From assembly GCA_900128565.1 (NCBI GenBank), contig LT635910.1, positions 1-64,000 on the forward strand: a stretch of 64,000 nucleotides of DNA. The letters run 5' to 3'. Below, piece after piece: positions 23,336 to 36,509 of the stretch. The translations under genes and the position numbers were made by a program. This stretch comes from Stramenopiles sp. TOSAG23-6. Taxonomy: Eukaryota. A model generated the notes under the pieces. That model saw nothing but the letters and a program-made list of their open reading frames with translations. It was not told the origin of the DNA and searched no databases. Numbering within the stretch: position 1 is the first letter of the stretch; each line of letters begins with the position of its first letter.

Positions 23336-23765
23336 TTCCATTTGAGATTGTCTTCTTTAAACGTATAAAAAGAAGTATCTTCCTATAAGAAATGTATTCA
23401 TTTCACAAGATAAAAAAATGTATTTCATTCCCAAGATAAAAAAATGTAAAATATAGACATCTATCGATATCAGTAATAAACTGTTCAAAATATGATACAG
23501 TAAAAAGATAGATGAAAATAAAAAAAATTAGAAAAATAATGATAAAATTTTGTTTTTTTNGAANGANTAAANTNACTTTGAATATCTTCCTCTTTAATGA
23601 TACAAGTTTTTGTCTTAGTTTTTCTTCTAAAGCTTTTCACAATTTGTGAGTATCTTTTGGTGAGTATTTTTCAAAAATGTTTTCAACTTGTTTTTATTTT
23701 TTACTCTACCTATTTTAAAAGAAAATACACTTACGATAATAAAATGGTAATTGTAGAATTTTAAA

Positions 23766-26700
23766 TTATACCCAAGAAGCCCAGCCATGATACATAAAAG
23801 CATTTTTTTCAGGATCTTTTGCTTCATTTATAAGCCTAGCGACATGCCCAGTGATGCCTAGAGTATCGCCATTTTGCTCTTCTTGACCCAAAAGTTTTTG
23901 TTTGACTCTTTTTAAAACTCTCCTAGACATCAAATTTGAAACGTGATTTGTTTTCTTATTAGATGTTGTTTCGATATTTGTGTCTGTTACTTTTAATTCT
24001 GGTTGTGGAGATACAGCAATACTCTTCGCTATAATATTTGAATTATGAGGATTATGAGCAATACTTAAAGACATAGTATGCGAACTCTGAGTCTGTTGAA
24101 TTGTATGGCAATCGTCTGGTGTCTGATCATGTTGTAATCGTAATGCTTCTGGTCTTGTCCGTGCCCATTTATACAATAGATTGTGAATAAATATTTCATA
24201 CATTTGAAATTCGTTAGGTACAAAACCAAAACATTGGATTTTTTTTGGAAAAAAAAGAATTAAAATTCATGATGAAAACGTACAAGGATCATGAATAAAT
24301 ACTTCTAAAATGGTTAATATAATATCTCTATTTTTAGCATCCCGGAGAACACGAAGTGACTCTTCACAACATCTTCTAAATGTTCCTTCCACACCAGTTA
24401 CACCCATGCCATCAATTATATCTCTTGTTAAACGAAAAGGAACAATTTCAGGTGTTGGTAATTCAAGTCCCTGTTCAAATACAATACCAAAATCTATATG
24501 TAAAACTTCTGCGGTGGAATTATCAATTAAAATATTCTGTGTGTGACGATCACCGATACCTAAGATATGACCTACCATACTAGTTGATGCTACAGATCTA
24601 GTGTACGTCATACGTTTAGCATACCACATACCTGTAATGTGAATATATATTTCAACCATTTGAAATTCATTAGATATATATTCCTACAATTGAATAATTT
24701 GAACAATACATTTAAAAAATACATTTAAACAATACATTTAAAATAAAAAATGTACATACTCAAAAATAAAATATAGGTATGGAATTTTCTAGACAACAAT
24801 TAAATAAATTCAAAATTCAATGAATAATTAATACGTACAAGGAAGGGGAAAGTTTTCTAAAAAGTAATGATGCAACACAGGTTGAAAATGTGCACAAATT
24901 TCATTAAATGTTTGAATTTTTAATTTTCTCTTTTTTGGATCAATTGAAGAATATTTTTTATGACATTTGGCATATGTCCAATCTGATGGATTCAATCTAT
25001 TGTGAGCACTATCGACATTTCGCCAAAGATAATCTGCTAAAGTTGCTGTATTCTCAACCCATTCTATGACACCACTATTAGGTGATAGAGGTACTACACG
25101 ATATGTCCGAATACGTAACTCTCTCGTACGTGAATTTGGATGTAAACAAAGCAATTCATTAACTACACCGAACACTTGTTGCATAATCGCATCTCCCTTT
25201 AAATCATCTTCTTTAACTAATTGTTTATAACGATGACCATCTGATCCAATGGCTATAACAACTTTTGGTTTATGAATTCCACTTGGTCCTAATACAACAT
25301 TCTCTTCGAAACCAATTATTCGTGGAACATTAGAATAATCACCAGATTGTCTAACATTTAAAGGAGCAGTAAATACTACAGGATTGGACTGATTCTGTGA
25401 AGAAAGTCGAAGATTTTTCCAACCATTTTTAAATTTTTTCACAACTCCAGGTCGAACAACTCTTTCAGTATGACGATGTACAGACAGAGCTAAATCCATA
25501 TATGTATTTGTAAGAACTTTAACCATAGTTACAGTCTCTCCTAAATCATTACGTCGAAGTCGGTCTAATAAATATTTTGCTGCATTCACTTTTTCAGGTT
25601 TCACACCTTCAAATGTTCTTTTCAATTCATCCGTAACTTTTCCACCTCGCGTAAGGGCTAATAATACAGGTAGAGTATGATGGGGGTGATGTACTGCACA
25701 TCGATATACTAAGGTCTGTAATGATTTCTGAAAACGAGAATTAATATTTTCATAATCATCTTTTGTTGATATAGTATCAGTATGTTGCATCTCCAATCTT
25801 GAAGCTAATTGATAAATTAATGGTACAAACCTATAACTTGGAACATCATTCGCAATAGCATCAAATTCAGCAGCTACTGAAGTCAAAGCATTTACACGTT
25901 TTACTCTTTCACTATGATTTTCTATTGTATTATTTTCATTCATTTCTTCCTCACAACGTGACTCAAAAGTAAACCACATATTACACACACGTGACACAAC
26001 TGCTAAATCATATTGATCAGTTTCAGAATGTTGTAAGCATAGTCGATATTGTTGTAAAGTTTCCTTCATGTAACTCCAAAGTGAAACTTTATCAGCAATT
26101 TGCGATTTAGCCAAGGTTTTTAAATTCCTTTTCAATTCACGAACATATATGCATTGTGAAAAAATATTTTACATTTGAAATTCGTTATTTTTTGTAACAT
26201 AACTACAATTGAAATCATATAGGAATATGAACGAAAACAAATATAAATTTGAAATGAATGTAAAGTTTTTTTTTGGTATGAAATTTTGTACCTAACGATT
26301 AAAAAAAAAGGATCAAAACGTACTTTGCTATTTCTGCATTTCGTTTTGTATGTGCAAGTTTACTTTGCTTTTGCTTCTTTTGACTTTTTTTTTGTGTCTT
26401 TAGAAGCGTTAATTCACGAGTTGCTTGTAAAGAAATATCTTTCATAATTAGTTCACAACGCGCTAATTCTTTTAATTGTTTTGTGTACGTCTCCTGCCAA
26501 TCTTGCCATTCTGGAGAATGAACTTGTACATCAATCTTTTGATATAACTTATCTAAATAATCTGCGAGTCTAAAATGGACATTTCCCAATAGACTTTGAC
26601 AATTTGTTCTATTATAATAATCCAAATTATTAAAATTATCTATATTATACTCTTCTGAGTCAAAGTTCGTTTTCACATTTTCTAATAATTCAACTGCCCG

Positions 26701-29700
26701 GCCAAGATAATCATCTTTTATAATTTGAGAACTCACGCGACTTGTTGCTGCTAACCACATTCCTGTAGTCGAAAGAACATCAATTAAAAAGAGATTTCCT
26801 GTTTTAGTTGAGGTGCGCGATAGATTCATTAATTTTATTAAACCTTGTGCAATACTTATCGCGCGTCTTTTATCGTTCATATCCCAAGAACATTTAGCTT
26901 CCAGCATTAACCATTTCATTCGTAAGTTTTTAGAAATACATTTTGATGTATCTTCAGATGTAGTCACTACTGATCGAGCACGTCGAAGGTAATTCATTGC
27001 CAAATGAGGAAATCCAGCCTTACGAGCCAAAAAGGCTGCATTACTTAGGTGTCGCTGTAGTAAATCAAAACCTGCATCACCAAACGTTCTAAGGAGAACT
27101 TCTCTTACACCAATTAAAGGCTGGAGAAGTTCAAAAACATCCACTCCAATTTGTTTATTTTTCATTTCCCAGTTTTGAACTAGTTTACTTAAATTTGTAC
27201 TTAATTTCGTACCTAAAGAATTTTGAATTTGTTGGGTACCACATTCCTCCATTAATTTCTTTACAGCATTAATTTCATAGACACATTGTAACTGTGACAT
27301 TGCAGAATATACACATTTTTTATCTTCAACTGAAGCACGACCATTTATCATATTTGATCCATGAACAGCATTGAAACTTTTTATAAGAAAGTTTTCAGCT
27401 TTTTTTATTGATATCGCATACATATCATCATTACCTGTCGCTACAGACCGCAATACATGAAAGAGACACTGATGCAAGCCCCAATCTGATACATTAGAAT
27501 TTCGAAAGTCTTTTACTATTGTTTGTTCCGATTTATATTTTTGAGTATTTTTTGTATTTTCAGTTGTATTTTTAGGGTTAGGGTTTATCATTTCATCATT
27601 TTTATAATCATTTGAAATCCATAAATTAGAAGGATCATTTCGCCAATGAGAACACAAATACGCTGCTTCAAAATGAATTTCAATTAATTCTTTCGATGTA
27701 CGTGTGTCTACTTGGCGTGCATATGAATCGAGGTATAAACCAATTGTATGATATAAACTTTGACATTTCATTGTTTTAATTAGAGATAAGTATCCGTTGG
27801 ATCCGTTGGAACAATTATCTATACTATTATTTGTTGCATGAGTACTTCTGGAATACATATCTCTACCACGTTGTTGTAGCATTGTATCAAATATTGATAA
27901 ACTGTGAGATTGATTCGTTTTAATTCCAGATGTTACATCGCCACATACTCCAGCTATACCATCAGGATCATTTAAGCCTCTATACGATTCTTCTAATAAA
28001 CGTTTATAAATAGGCAAATTCTGATTATCTTCATATACACATTCTAATCTAGAAAAGTGAATATCAATATTTGAATCATCATCAAAATGAAAAATTGAAG
28101 AATTACCAAAACTTTTGTTTTGTAATAATTGTTTCGATTCTGGTAAGTCATGCCATAATTCAACATAAAATAATGCAGTCAAATACAATTTACAACGTAA
28201 TGATGCTTTTGCAATGAGTAAAGGATCTAAGGACAATGAATACAAGTATTGTGAAAAAATATTTTTTTTAGTAAAAAAAAATGTTAGGTGCAATATTTTG
28301 TATGAAAAAAAGTGTAGGTAAAAAATCCAATTTTGAAAAACGTACAATTTTCGTGAAATTCTACGACGTTTTTGTTTTTGTTTTCTTCTATCATTTTTAG
28401 AATTTTGAATTGATAATTGATGAGCAGCGACAGAGTGTTGATGAAGTACTTGTATAGTAGATAGAATAAGTCGAGCAGCTTGAGTTGGCACAGAAATATC
28501 TTCAAGCAAGTTTGTGACCCATAAAGATAAATCATTAATTATCTCTGGATTATTCAACATGTTTAAGACACATAATGGAAATGCGACAGATGCAAAATCT
28601 GCTTTGAGTCGCGACAAACCTGCCGCAGCTTTTAAAAATGGATCCATAACAAAATGACTTGATTTCGCTAAATAAGTTACTCTACATATCCATGTTTCAT
28701 AAGACTCTCCACTTTGAATAGTCCACGAATGCTGCAACATTCGATAATAACTTTTATATTCGTGTTTGTTTTCAGTATTTTTTAAATTTCCTGTGTCACA
28801 AGTAAACTGATTCTTATCATGTTTAAAATGAATAAAAGGGAGTAAATGTTGTTTTGTTAAATCATCTAAAAAATTCATGGCGATTTTCCCACTGTCCGTA
28901 GAAAGCATACCACCGATAGCATACGCTGCTGTGCTAATTACATTTGGATCTGGATCGACTAAACAGGCCTCAGCACTACGAAGTAATTCAGCTTTTGCTT
29001 GAATTAATAAATATTCTTCTCCTAAAGTCTTAATAGTATTACTATTCTTTTCATTTTTGTTTGATGAAAAATTATTGATAGTAGTACAACCTACCAAAGA
29101 GATAATACTTGGATTTACTGTACCAATACATCCTAAACAGCGTGCTGCTAATGATTGCAAAATATATGACTGATCAGGGGAAGTAAATGAAAGTAAAGCG
29201 CGTACAAGGGTATCCATATCAGAAGATATATTATTCTGTGATTTTTGCGATTTTTGAGCTTTCTGTGATAATAAATAAACTAAAGCAGCTGAATGATTTT
29301 CTAAAGTAGATAATAAAGTTTGTAAAGGAAAAATCGCATTTGACCCGTGAAACGATTTTGAATGATCCAAAAACGTTCGCAAAGTTCTTTGAAGAGTTTC
29401 AACTTGACATAATTTTGTATTTGATGAATTATTTAGTGTAGACTGAGAGACCTTCTCATGAATAACAATAGAATTAACGCTTTTACTAGACGATGATGAT
29501 TCTTTAGTGTAGTCTTCATTAGCACTTTTACTAGACGATGATGATTCATTACTATGTTCTTCATTCATTTTTACTATGTACCGTAAATCATCTACTAAAG
29601 ACTTAATTTTATCCATATCAGTAGAATGTAATACCACATCCACATTTGTTGTTTTCTTTTTATTACTTGTATCAATAGTATTTAATTCGAAACAAATACT

Positions 29701-32700
29701 AAATGCGGCAATGAGCTCAGGAAATCGCATTAAAAAGAAATCAATACGTTTTAGTAATAATAGATGTTTTCTACTCAAGGATGAATTGTTTTTGTTTTTA
29801 CTGTAGCTATCTTTCAAATCATTGATTCCAGAACGGTCTAATAAGAGTTGTACTATAGTACAGCACACAAGACAATGACGTTGTTTGTACGTACGTAGAA
29901 TATGTAGTATAATATGTACAATCATACGAATTGTCGCAGGCTCTACGGAGATACTTCCAAGTAAATCGATACAAAGTTCAAATGATTGTAGTAATCGATT
30001 AAGAATATAAACATTATCACATTCATGAATGTTTTTGTTCATCAGTAAAAGAACTTTCTCAGTATTTGCACGTTTTAATAAATCTTCTGGGGTTTGTTTA
30101 GATTTATGTCTACTAGCAAAGTGAACAATTGCTTTCCGGACACTTTTGATATTTACTAACGCAAGCGTACCTGATTTTTCTAATGCAGCGACAGAAAATA
30201 ATCTATTGATTAACCCCAATGTTTGTTTTGGAGTACACAAGCCATTCATCATTTTAGATACTGAACCGTATATATTGACTAACCATTTCTCTGCTTGTGT
30301 CGCCAATTTATGATCTGTTGGAAGTTTGGTGAAATAAAGAGGTAGAAATGAACCGACTATATCACCTAAATTTGCATCAATAAATTGGCAAATTGCAGAT
30401 TTCAGTATATTTGAATCACTTTGAATAGAAATATTTTTCATATTAATTGATCCTTGTAAATGCATTGCACTTACTAAAAGTTTTATACGCTCCGCGTTTG
30501 AATTTCGTACAATTAAAACTGATAATACTACAGGTAATGCTCCACAATGCTCTGATAAAAAATTGTTCCAACTACTCGTTCCCATTAATGATATTGGGAA
30601 CGATTCTATAGATGCATACTCTTCAATCCAACGAAATAAAATATATTCGAGATATTCTTGTAGATATTCCTGAGTATTTTGAAATCCCAAAGAAGTAGCA
30701 ACACGTGAGAGGATACATGAAGTACTACACTCAATTTCTGGAATACAATAAAATGTACACAACTTATATAACGAATCTCGTCGGTGTTCAAGTACTTTAC
30801 TTCTTTTAGCGACTTCACCAAGTGTTAATAACCCGGTAATACATTTATTGTTTTGATTCATATCGTCATTAGATGACTCATCTTTCTTAGTTTTGATTCT
30901 TGGCATTATACATTCAATGGATTGATCTTTTACTAACACAGAAAACGACTCAACTTCAGTTAATAAAGGTATTACGCTAGATGCAACATGACGCACGGAA
31001 TATTCATTATCTTGCAATAATTTACACGAAATGACTAAAAGCAATTCACCAAACTCACCAGGGGCAATATAAAACCAAGGTATAAGTGTAATTAACCACA
31101 ATCGACGAACTATCGAGTTACGCCAACTTTTTTTATCTTTACCCACAAATTTTAATAAAGCTTCCACATTAGCTAAAATATTATAATTATTTTGATCACT
31201 GGATGAAGTAACAAAAGAAATAGTAGTCGTATTTGAGGAATATAACATCATACCAATATGATATAGTAAACAAAGCAAACGAGACTGGATTTCTGGATGG
31301 CCATGATATTCAGACATAACTAAACGAAATATTTCTAAAATGTCATTTAATCCAAATCTACGTAGATTTTTTTTAGTACAATGATAATGAATGATTAAAT
31401 CACATGCACAACCAATACAAGTCAATGCTATCACTGGGTTTGCAATGAGTTTGGGATTTTTTAATATTTGGCGTATTTGTTGTATTACATTTTTCACTTT
31501 TAAAATTTTTAAATCTTGAATATTTTTTGATTTACTTTTACTTGATTGAGTTTCTTCATCTGACGAATAAATACATGTCATTATTGTGTTACATTGCAGC
31601 ATCAAACAAGTACACATACAAAGTTCAATAATATTATTTGACCCATTGATGACTTGAAGCATGTTTGTTCCCGAATGAGTGACTTGACTACAATACACAA
31701 CCGAACAAGACGCTAGAAGGTCTAATGAAAATAATTCATCTACCTTTAACATTCTTTTTGTTCTATTATTATATTCATTTTCAACTCTATTTTTTCCATT
31801 ATAATTTTCTGTATCAATATCATCCTCATCACTATCGAAGCCACCGCTGCAACTTCTTTTTCCAGATAAATTCATTTCAAAAGACTGATATGATGTAGAT
31901 TGTGTTTGTTGCATTGTTTTCATACACAAATCTATATGCTGTGTTAACCATTTTAATATACAGTTTACATAATCTTTATTCTTGTACACTAGACTACTGC
32001 TACATTTTTCAGTATCCAAAGAATTTGAATTATGATCAACATCGTTATTGACAAACATTCTAGACGATAAATATATTATGGTAGAAGGATCCATAGTGAA
32101 TGATTCATCATACTTTGTTACATTTTGATTATTTGATGTATCACAAAATTTTCCCAAACAAATGGTCATAAAACGTTTTACTCTAGCAATCAATTTGAGA
32201 GTATTTTTCAATGCCGTTTCACATTGAGAACGTTTTAACGAATTGACCAATGCATTTAAAACCTTTTTCATTGCACTTGTTGAAGAAACAACAAAAGCTG
32301 TAATTCGACAAAATGTTTTCATACTAAACTTCTTACCTAAATCCTTTTTTACATTATTCTTATCAATGTCCATTGATTCTTTCTTATCTGTTGAAGAGTT
32401 TTCTACATATTCCTCATAATATTGTTGAAGTTCTATAAATGATGCATTTACAGTATCAATAACCATTGATACAAGCACACGTTGTTGTTCTATTGTAACT
32501 AAATTCATACTTACAAACGTTGGAACATTTGGACAATTACCTAAAGGATCAGCATTTGGCAAATTCGAAATTGAATCTGTACCTAATTTCGTACCTAACG
32601 AATTTCTAATTTGTTGAGAGTCATCTACTGTAGTGTCATATTCAAACATATGATATAATGGATTAGTACTAAATAACACGTTCTCAGCATTTGAAATCCA

Positions 32701-35289
32701 CTTTTTCATGCATACATCAACAGTTTTAATTTCGGGGAGATTTTCATAGTAATTTGAATTGTTCAATTCTGTTAATGATTTTTGAACTTTTGTAGATGGA
32801 ATGATGAAATAACCTTTCAAACCACCTACTCGAAAGGCATCTAATGTGCATTTATTCCATACATCACTATATAGTGATTTTGATATGAGTTTTTCTATAT
32901 TTGTATTTTCAGTATTTCTTTTTTTTTGAGTATTTTGGTTACAACTGGGACATACTAATGAAATTATATCAGCTATAAAGAATTGTAATCTCTCATGCAC
33001 TTCAACATCAGATTGAATACACTCTTTAATACTAAGATGTGTATCAAAAGTAGTTATCATTTGGTTTTTTATCACTGTATTAAACCACTGTAAAATCTCA
33101 TATAAAATACATTCTCTTTGTGAATTCGGATTAGAATTTTTACGATTGTGAGTTGATCCAATTGTTATACTAGTATTTCCCATACCATATAATTCAGCAA
33201 CATTTAGAAAAGCAGAGGTTATCCCAGTAAATAAAAAACTTTTACTATATCGTGTTCTTTGCGTAATTCCAGAATTACCAGAATTTAATAGTAATATATT
33301 CCAAATATTATTCTGAGTTCTAGATATAAAATGATTTGAAAATATACTATTATTTAAATGTAAAAGTTCACATATGATTTTCACACATAATGAAATGATG
33401 CCTGTTGCATTAGAAGTCTTTGATATCTGAAGTTTTCCTATACATGAACAATATATTTGTTGCCAAGAATTAATGATTGAACACATCACTTTTTTTTTTG
33501 TACGTTTTTTTCCACAAAAGGATGAATTACTTGTGTTATTTATATCAAATGTAATATTTTGTTTTAGTTTTACTTGACATAAGGCATAGATACAACGAAG
33601 TATCCAAAATGTTTCCATTGCAGTTGACTTTTCAGTATCTATCGCAACAAAACGAGAACAGAGAATGGTGATAACATTTTCATATCTTTTTGTAAAAATA
33701 TTTGAAAACATTTCAGGAAAACGAGAAATAAAGTATGTAAGTATTCTTAATGTTGTTATACAATCAATATTACTCGTGGTTGCATCATGTACAGTATCAA
33801 ATTGTAATGTATGTATCAGTTTTTCCAGAGGAGATATTTTTAGTATTGTCTTCATTTTTTTTTTGTTTTCTTGACTCTCTTCAACAGAATATGATCTTTT
33901 TCTTTTATTTGAAATTGAATCTGTAACAAATCCAGACGTTTCCGTACCAAACGAAGTTCGAATTTGCTGAAAACCACCTTCAGTGTTTATGTTCTCTACA
34001 TTTTCAATATTACTTTCTATACGTATTTCTCTTTGGTTTATATTTTCCAAAAACAAATGATGACAATGATATATTAATTCACTAGCTAACATTATTATAA
34101 TACTTTCATTGCGTGGTAAATTATAAATTCGAGTACCTATTGATAATGACTTTGATCGGAGAGAACGTTTCATTGTAATACCTAAAATATCTCCATTACA
34201 TTTGACATTCTGGATTTGCTTACCCAATACAATATGTTCATATAAACGTATTAATAATGAACTTCTTATATTTTTGTTATTTTTGTTGATATGAATTATT
34301 GGATCGTTCCAATGCAATCCACCACAAGTAGCAGGAGCCTTTGAAATACAAACTTGTATTCTTGAATTACGTAAATGAAGTAAAAATAACATAGTAATAC
34401 ATTGTTTACTCCCACTGTGCTTTGGTAAATTAGGCCAAACCCGGAGACAAAAATTGAGAATACCATAGGAATATCTTCGATATGATTGAATAGATTCAAT
34501 AGGGAATCGCTGAAGTACGATACAAATACAATTTATAACTTCTGTGACAGTTGCATTATCATTATGATTACGATTATTAAGCCACGAAGTAACTGTAGCT
34601 AAGACAATTGGTAAATATTTTACAACTACTTTAGAATTTAGAAAATTGCTCAGTAGTAAACAGACAATACGAAAATGTTTCACATCGGAAGAACAAAAGT
34701 GCTTATCCCGGATAAAGCTAAGAAAAGAATGCATCAAATTTCGAAATACACGAGGAGATAATTTACCACAATATTGACATTGTAGTAAAAGTACACGTAG
34801 TATATTGCATGTACTATTATGTAGCTTCATATTAGTCTCTTCCGCATGCAAAATGCGTTCACAATTTTCAAAAATTTCACCAACAACTGAAAGTAAAGCA
34901 GAACCAGGGAGAAAATCTTCAGCTTTTCGAATAACTTCACCAAGTAAATCTTGATCATACTGGCCGCCACGTGAGCTCACAGGTTTCTTTCGGCCTTTTG
35001 ACTCAGCAACTAAATAGTCTAAAATATCTCCGACGAGATCGGCCCACGAAACTCGAATAGACTCTCCTGTCCTTGAATTTTCATTATCAATCAAACGATT
35101 AGCCTCTTTTTGTTTGACTGAATTACGGTTTAGTAAATTCACATACCGTCCATTATTTGCACGAATATAAGAAAATATAAGTTTTTTTCCCTCTTTGCGA
35201 TCAGTTGCTTTCGACGACACAAGCTTAATAATAGCAGAATTAAGAGCGTTCAGTAGTCGATTATTCTCGCGGCGCAAAGCATCCCCCAT
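23766..35289 (-). CDS. ATM: ATM/Tel1 PIKK kinase; exons 35289-28346, 28243-26324, 26148-24839, 24631-24284, 24175-23766; about 3643 aa
   Basis: TAN-like N-terminus ([10 protein letters not shown]), FAT region, kinase motifs [34 protein letters not shown], and [12 protein letters not shown]...MYHGWASWV. Confidence 0.92.
24176..24283 (-). other. Intron GT-AT, 108 nt, phase 1
   Basis: gat cct t|GTACGTTTT...TACCTAAC...TTCAC AATCTAT|tg tat aaa tgg restores HDPLYKW. The intron holds an in-frame stop and no AG. Confidence 0.88.
24632..24838 (-). other. Intron GT-AG, 207 nt, phase 1
   Basis: cct t|GTACGTAT...TTCAC ATTACAG|gt atg tgg gives FPLPCMWYAKR. Confidence 0.9.
26149..26323 (-). other. Intron GT-AT, 175 nt, phase 2
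   Basis: gca aa|GTACGTTTT...TTTTTCAC AATGCAT|a tat gtt cgt gives AEIAKYVRELK. Confidence 0.8.
28244..28345 (-). other. Probable stop-free in-frame intron GT-TT, 102 nt
   Basis: aaa tt|GTACGTTTT...CACCTAAC...TTTTTCAC AATACTT|g tat. It reads through as a Phe-rich 34-aa insert. Confidence 0.7.
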
Positions 35290-35765
35290 TGTACCGAGTG
35301 AACAAAAGCACTCGCAAAAATAAACTTGTTATTGTATCAATAATACAACATGAGTAAATTGAATATGGTTGGTTGGCTTGGGGTGGCAAGAGTGTTAATA
35401 ATATCAGAAAACTTGGCCGAACTCTCGCTTCTCCTCGCTTCGTTCATCAAAATGACCGAGCTGGGTTGAAAAAAAATCGAAATTATTTCGATTTCGTGTT
35501 TCAAAAATTATTTCTTTTTTTTGAAATCAAAAAAATCATCGTCATCGACTCATCATCGTGTGCCTCTATTTTTTACTCTTCATATTATATAATCTTCCTG
35601 CACATTGAAATTTCACCATTGCAGAATTACACCTCTTAGATATTTGCCATCTGCATCGGATTATATAATTAAGTCCAAATATTACTTTGGATACTGGCCG
35701 GCTCAATCATATTTGGAGAAGAGTTTCTGTGAGAGGTACGAATCTAGTGTTCACTAAGTTCTCTA

Positions 35766-35984
35766 ATGTCTGGACTAGTCAAAAATAGTTCAAACCTAGC
35801 CGCTACACCATCAAGTGTTATGAATGAAATTTCACACTTTACTCGATGGGCAGAATCGGGGAAAGAATCAAAAGAGATTTACCAGCGAACAAAACAAGAC
35901 TTATCTGTAGAAATCCTCGATGACCTCCGGAAAGAAATTGCTGAACTTGCAAAGGACCACTGGATGTTTGTTGAAGGTTCATAG
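35766..35984 (+). CDS. Small protein, 72 aa, SAMBA/APC16-like C-terminus
   Basis: ATG-initiated ORF divergent from ATM, ending LDDLRKEIAELAKDHWMFVEG. Similarity is from recall only. Confidence 0.6.
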   Translation: MSGLVKNSSNLAATPSSVMNEISHFTRWAESGKESKEIYQRTKQDLSVEILDDLRKEIAELAKDHWMFVEGS

Positions 35985-36509
35985 TAGTAGAAATATGATA
36001 GAAACCTTTAGAATATATGTAGTTATATAATTGATTTATGAGGATTCTGCGGAATTATGAAGATTAAATTTTTATTCTTTATATTTTTCTTTTTAGCTAA
36101 AAGCAGCTATATCATTCGTAACATTTGAAAGAGTTTTAGAATATTTTTTTAAATAACAAATGCAATGCCACACAATTATTTAAATTATACAAACAAGACT
36201 ATCAGACAATGATATTTACATGATATAGATTGAATTTTCATAAACGTTTTGCTTCATGTCTCTTCTTTCCTGTGTAATATTGTGTAAGTACACGAAATAA
36301 ATATTTTTTCATTTTAACGGACGTTCTTCAACCGTTACTTATTATACAGCTAGTAGATAAGGTACCCGTTTGAAAGCACTTTTATACTGAACAATAAAAT
36401 ACGGATAATGTTGGTGCGTAATAGTGATTCTCGCTAAGCCTAGTTGCATCTATGCTATATATCCTCCGCATTTAATTGATAAAACATCTGCTAGAGTATT
36501 AGACATAAA

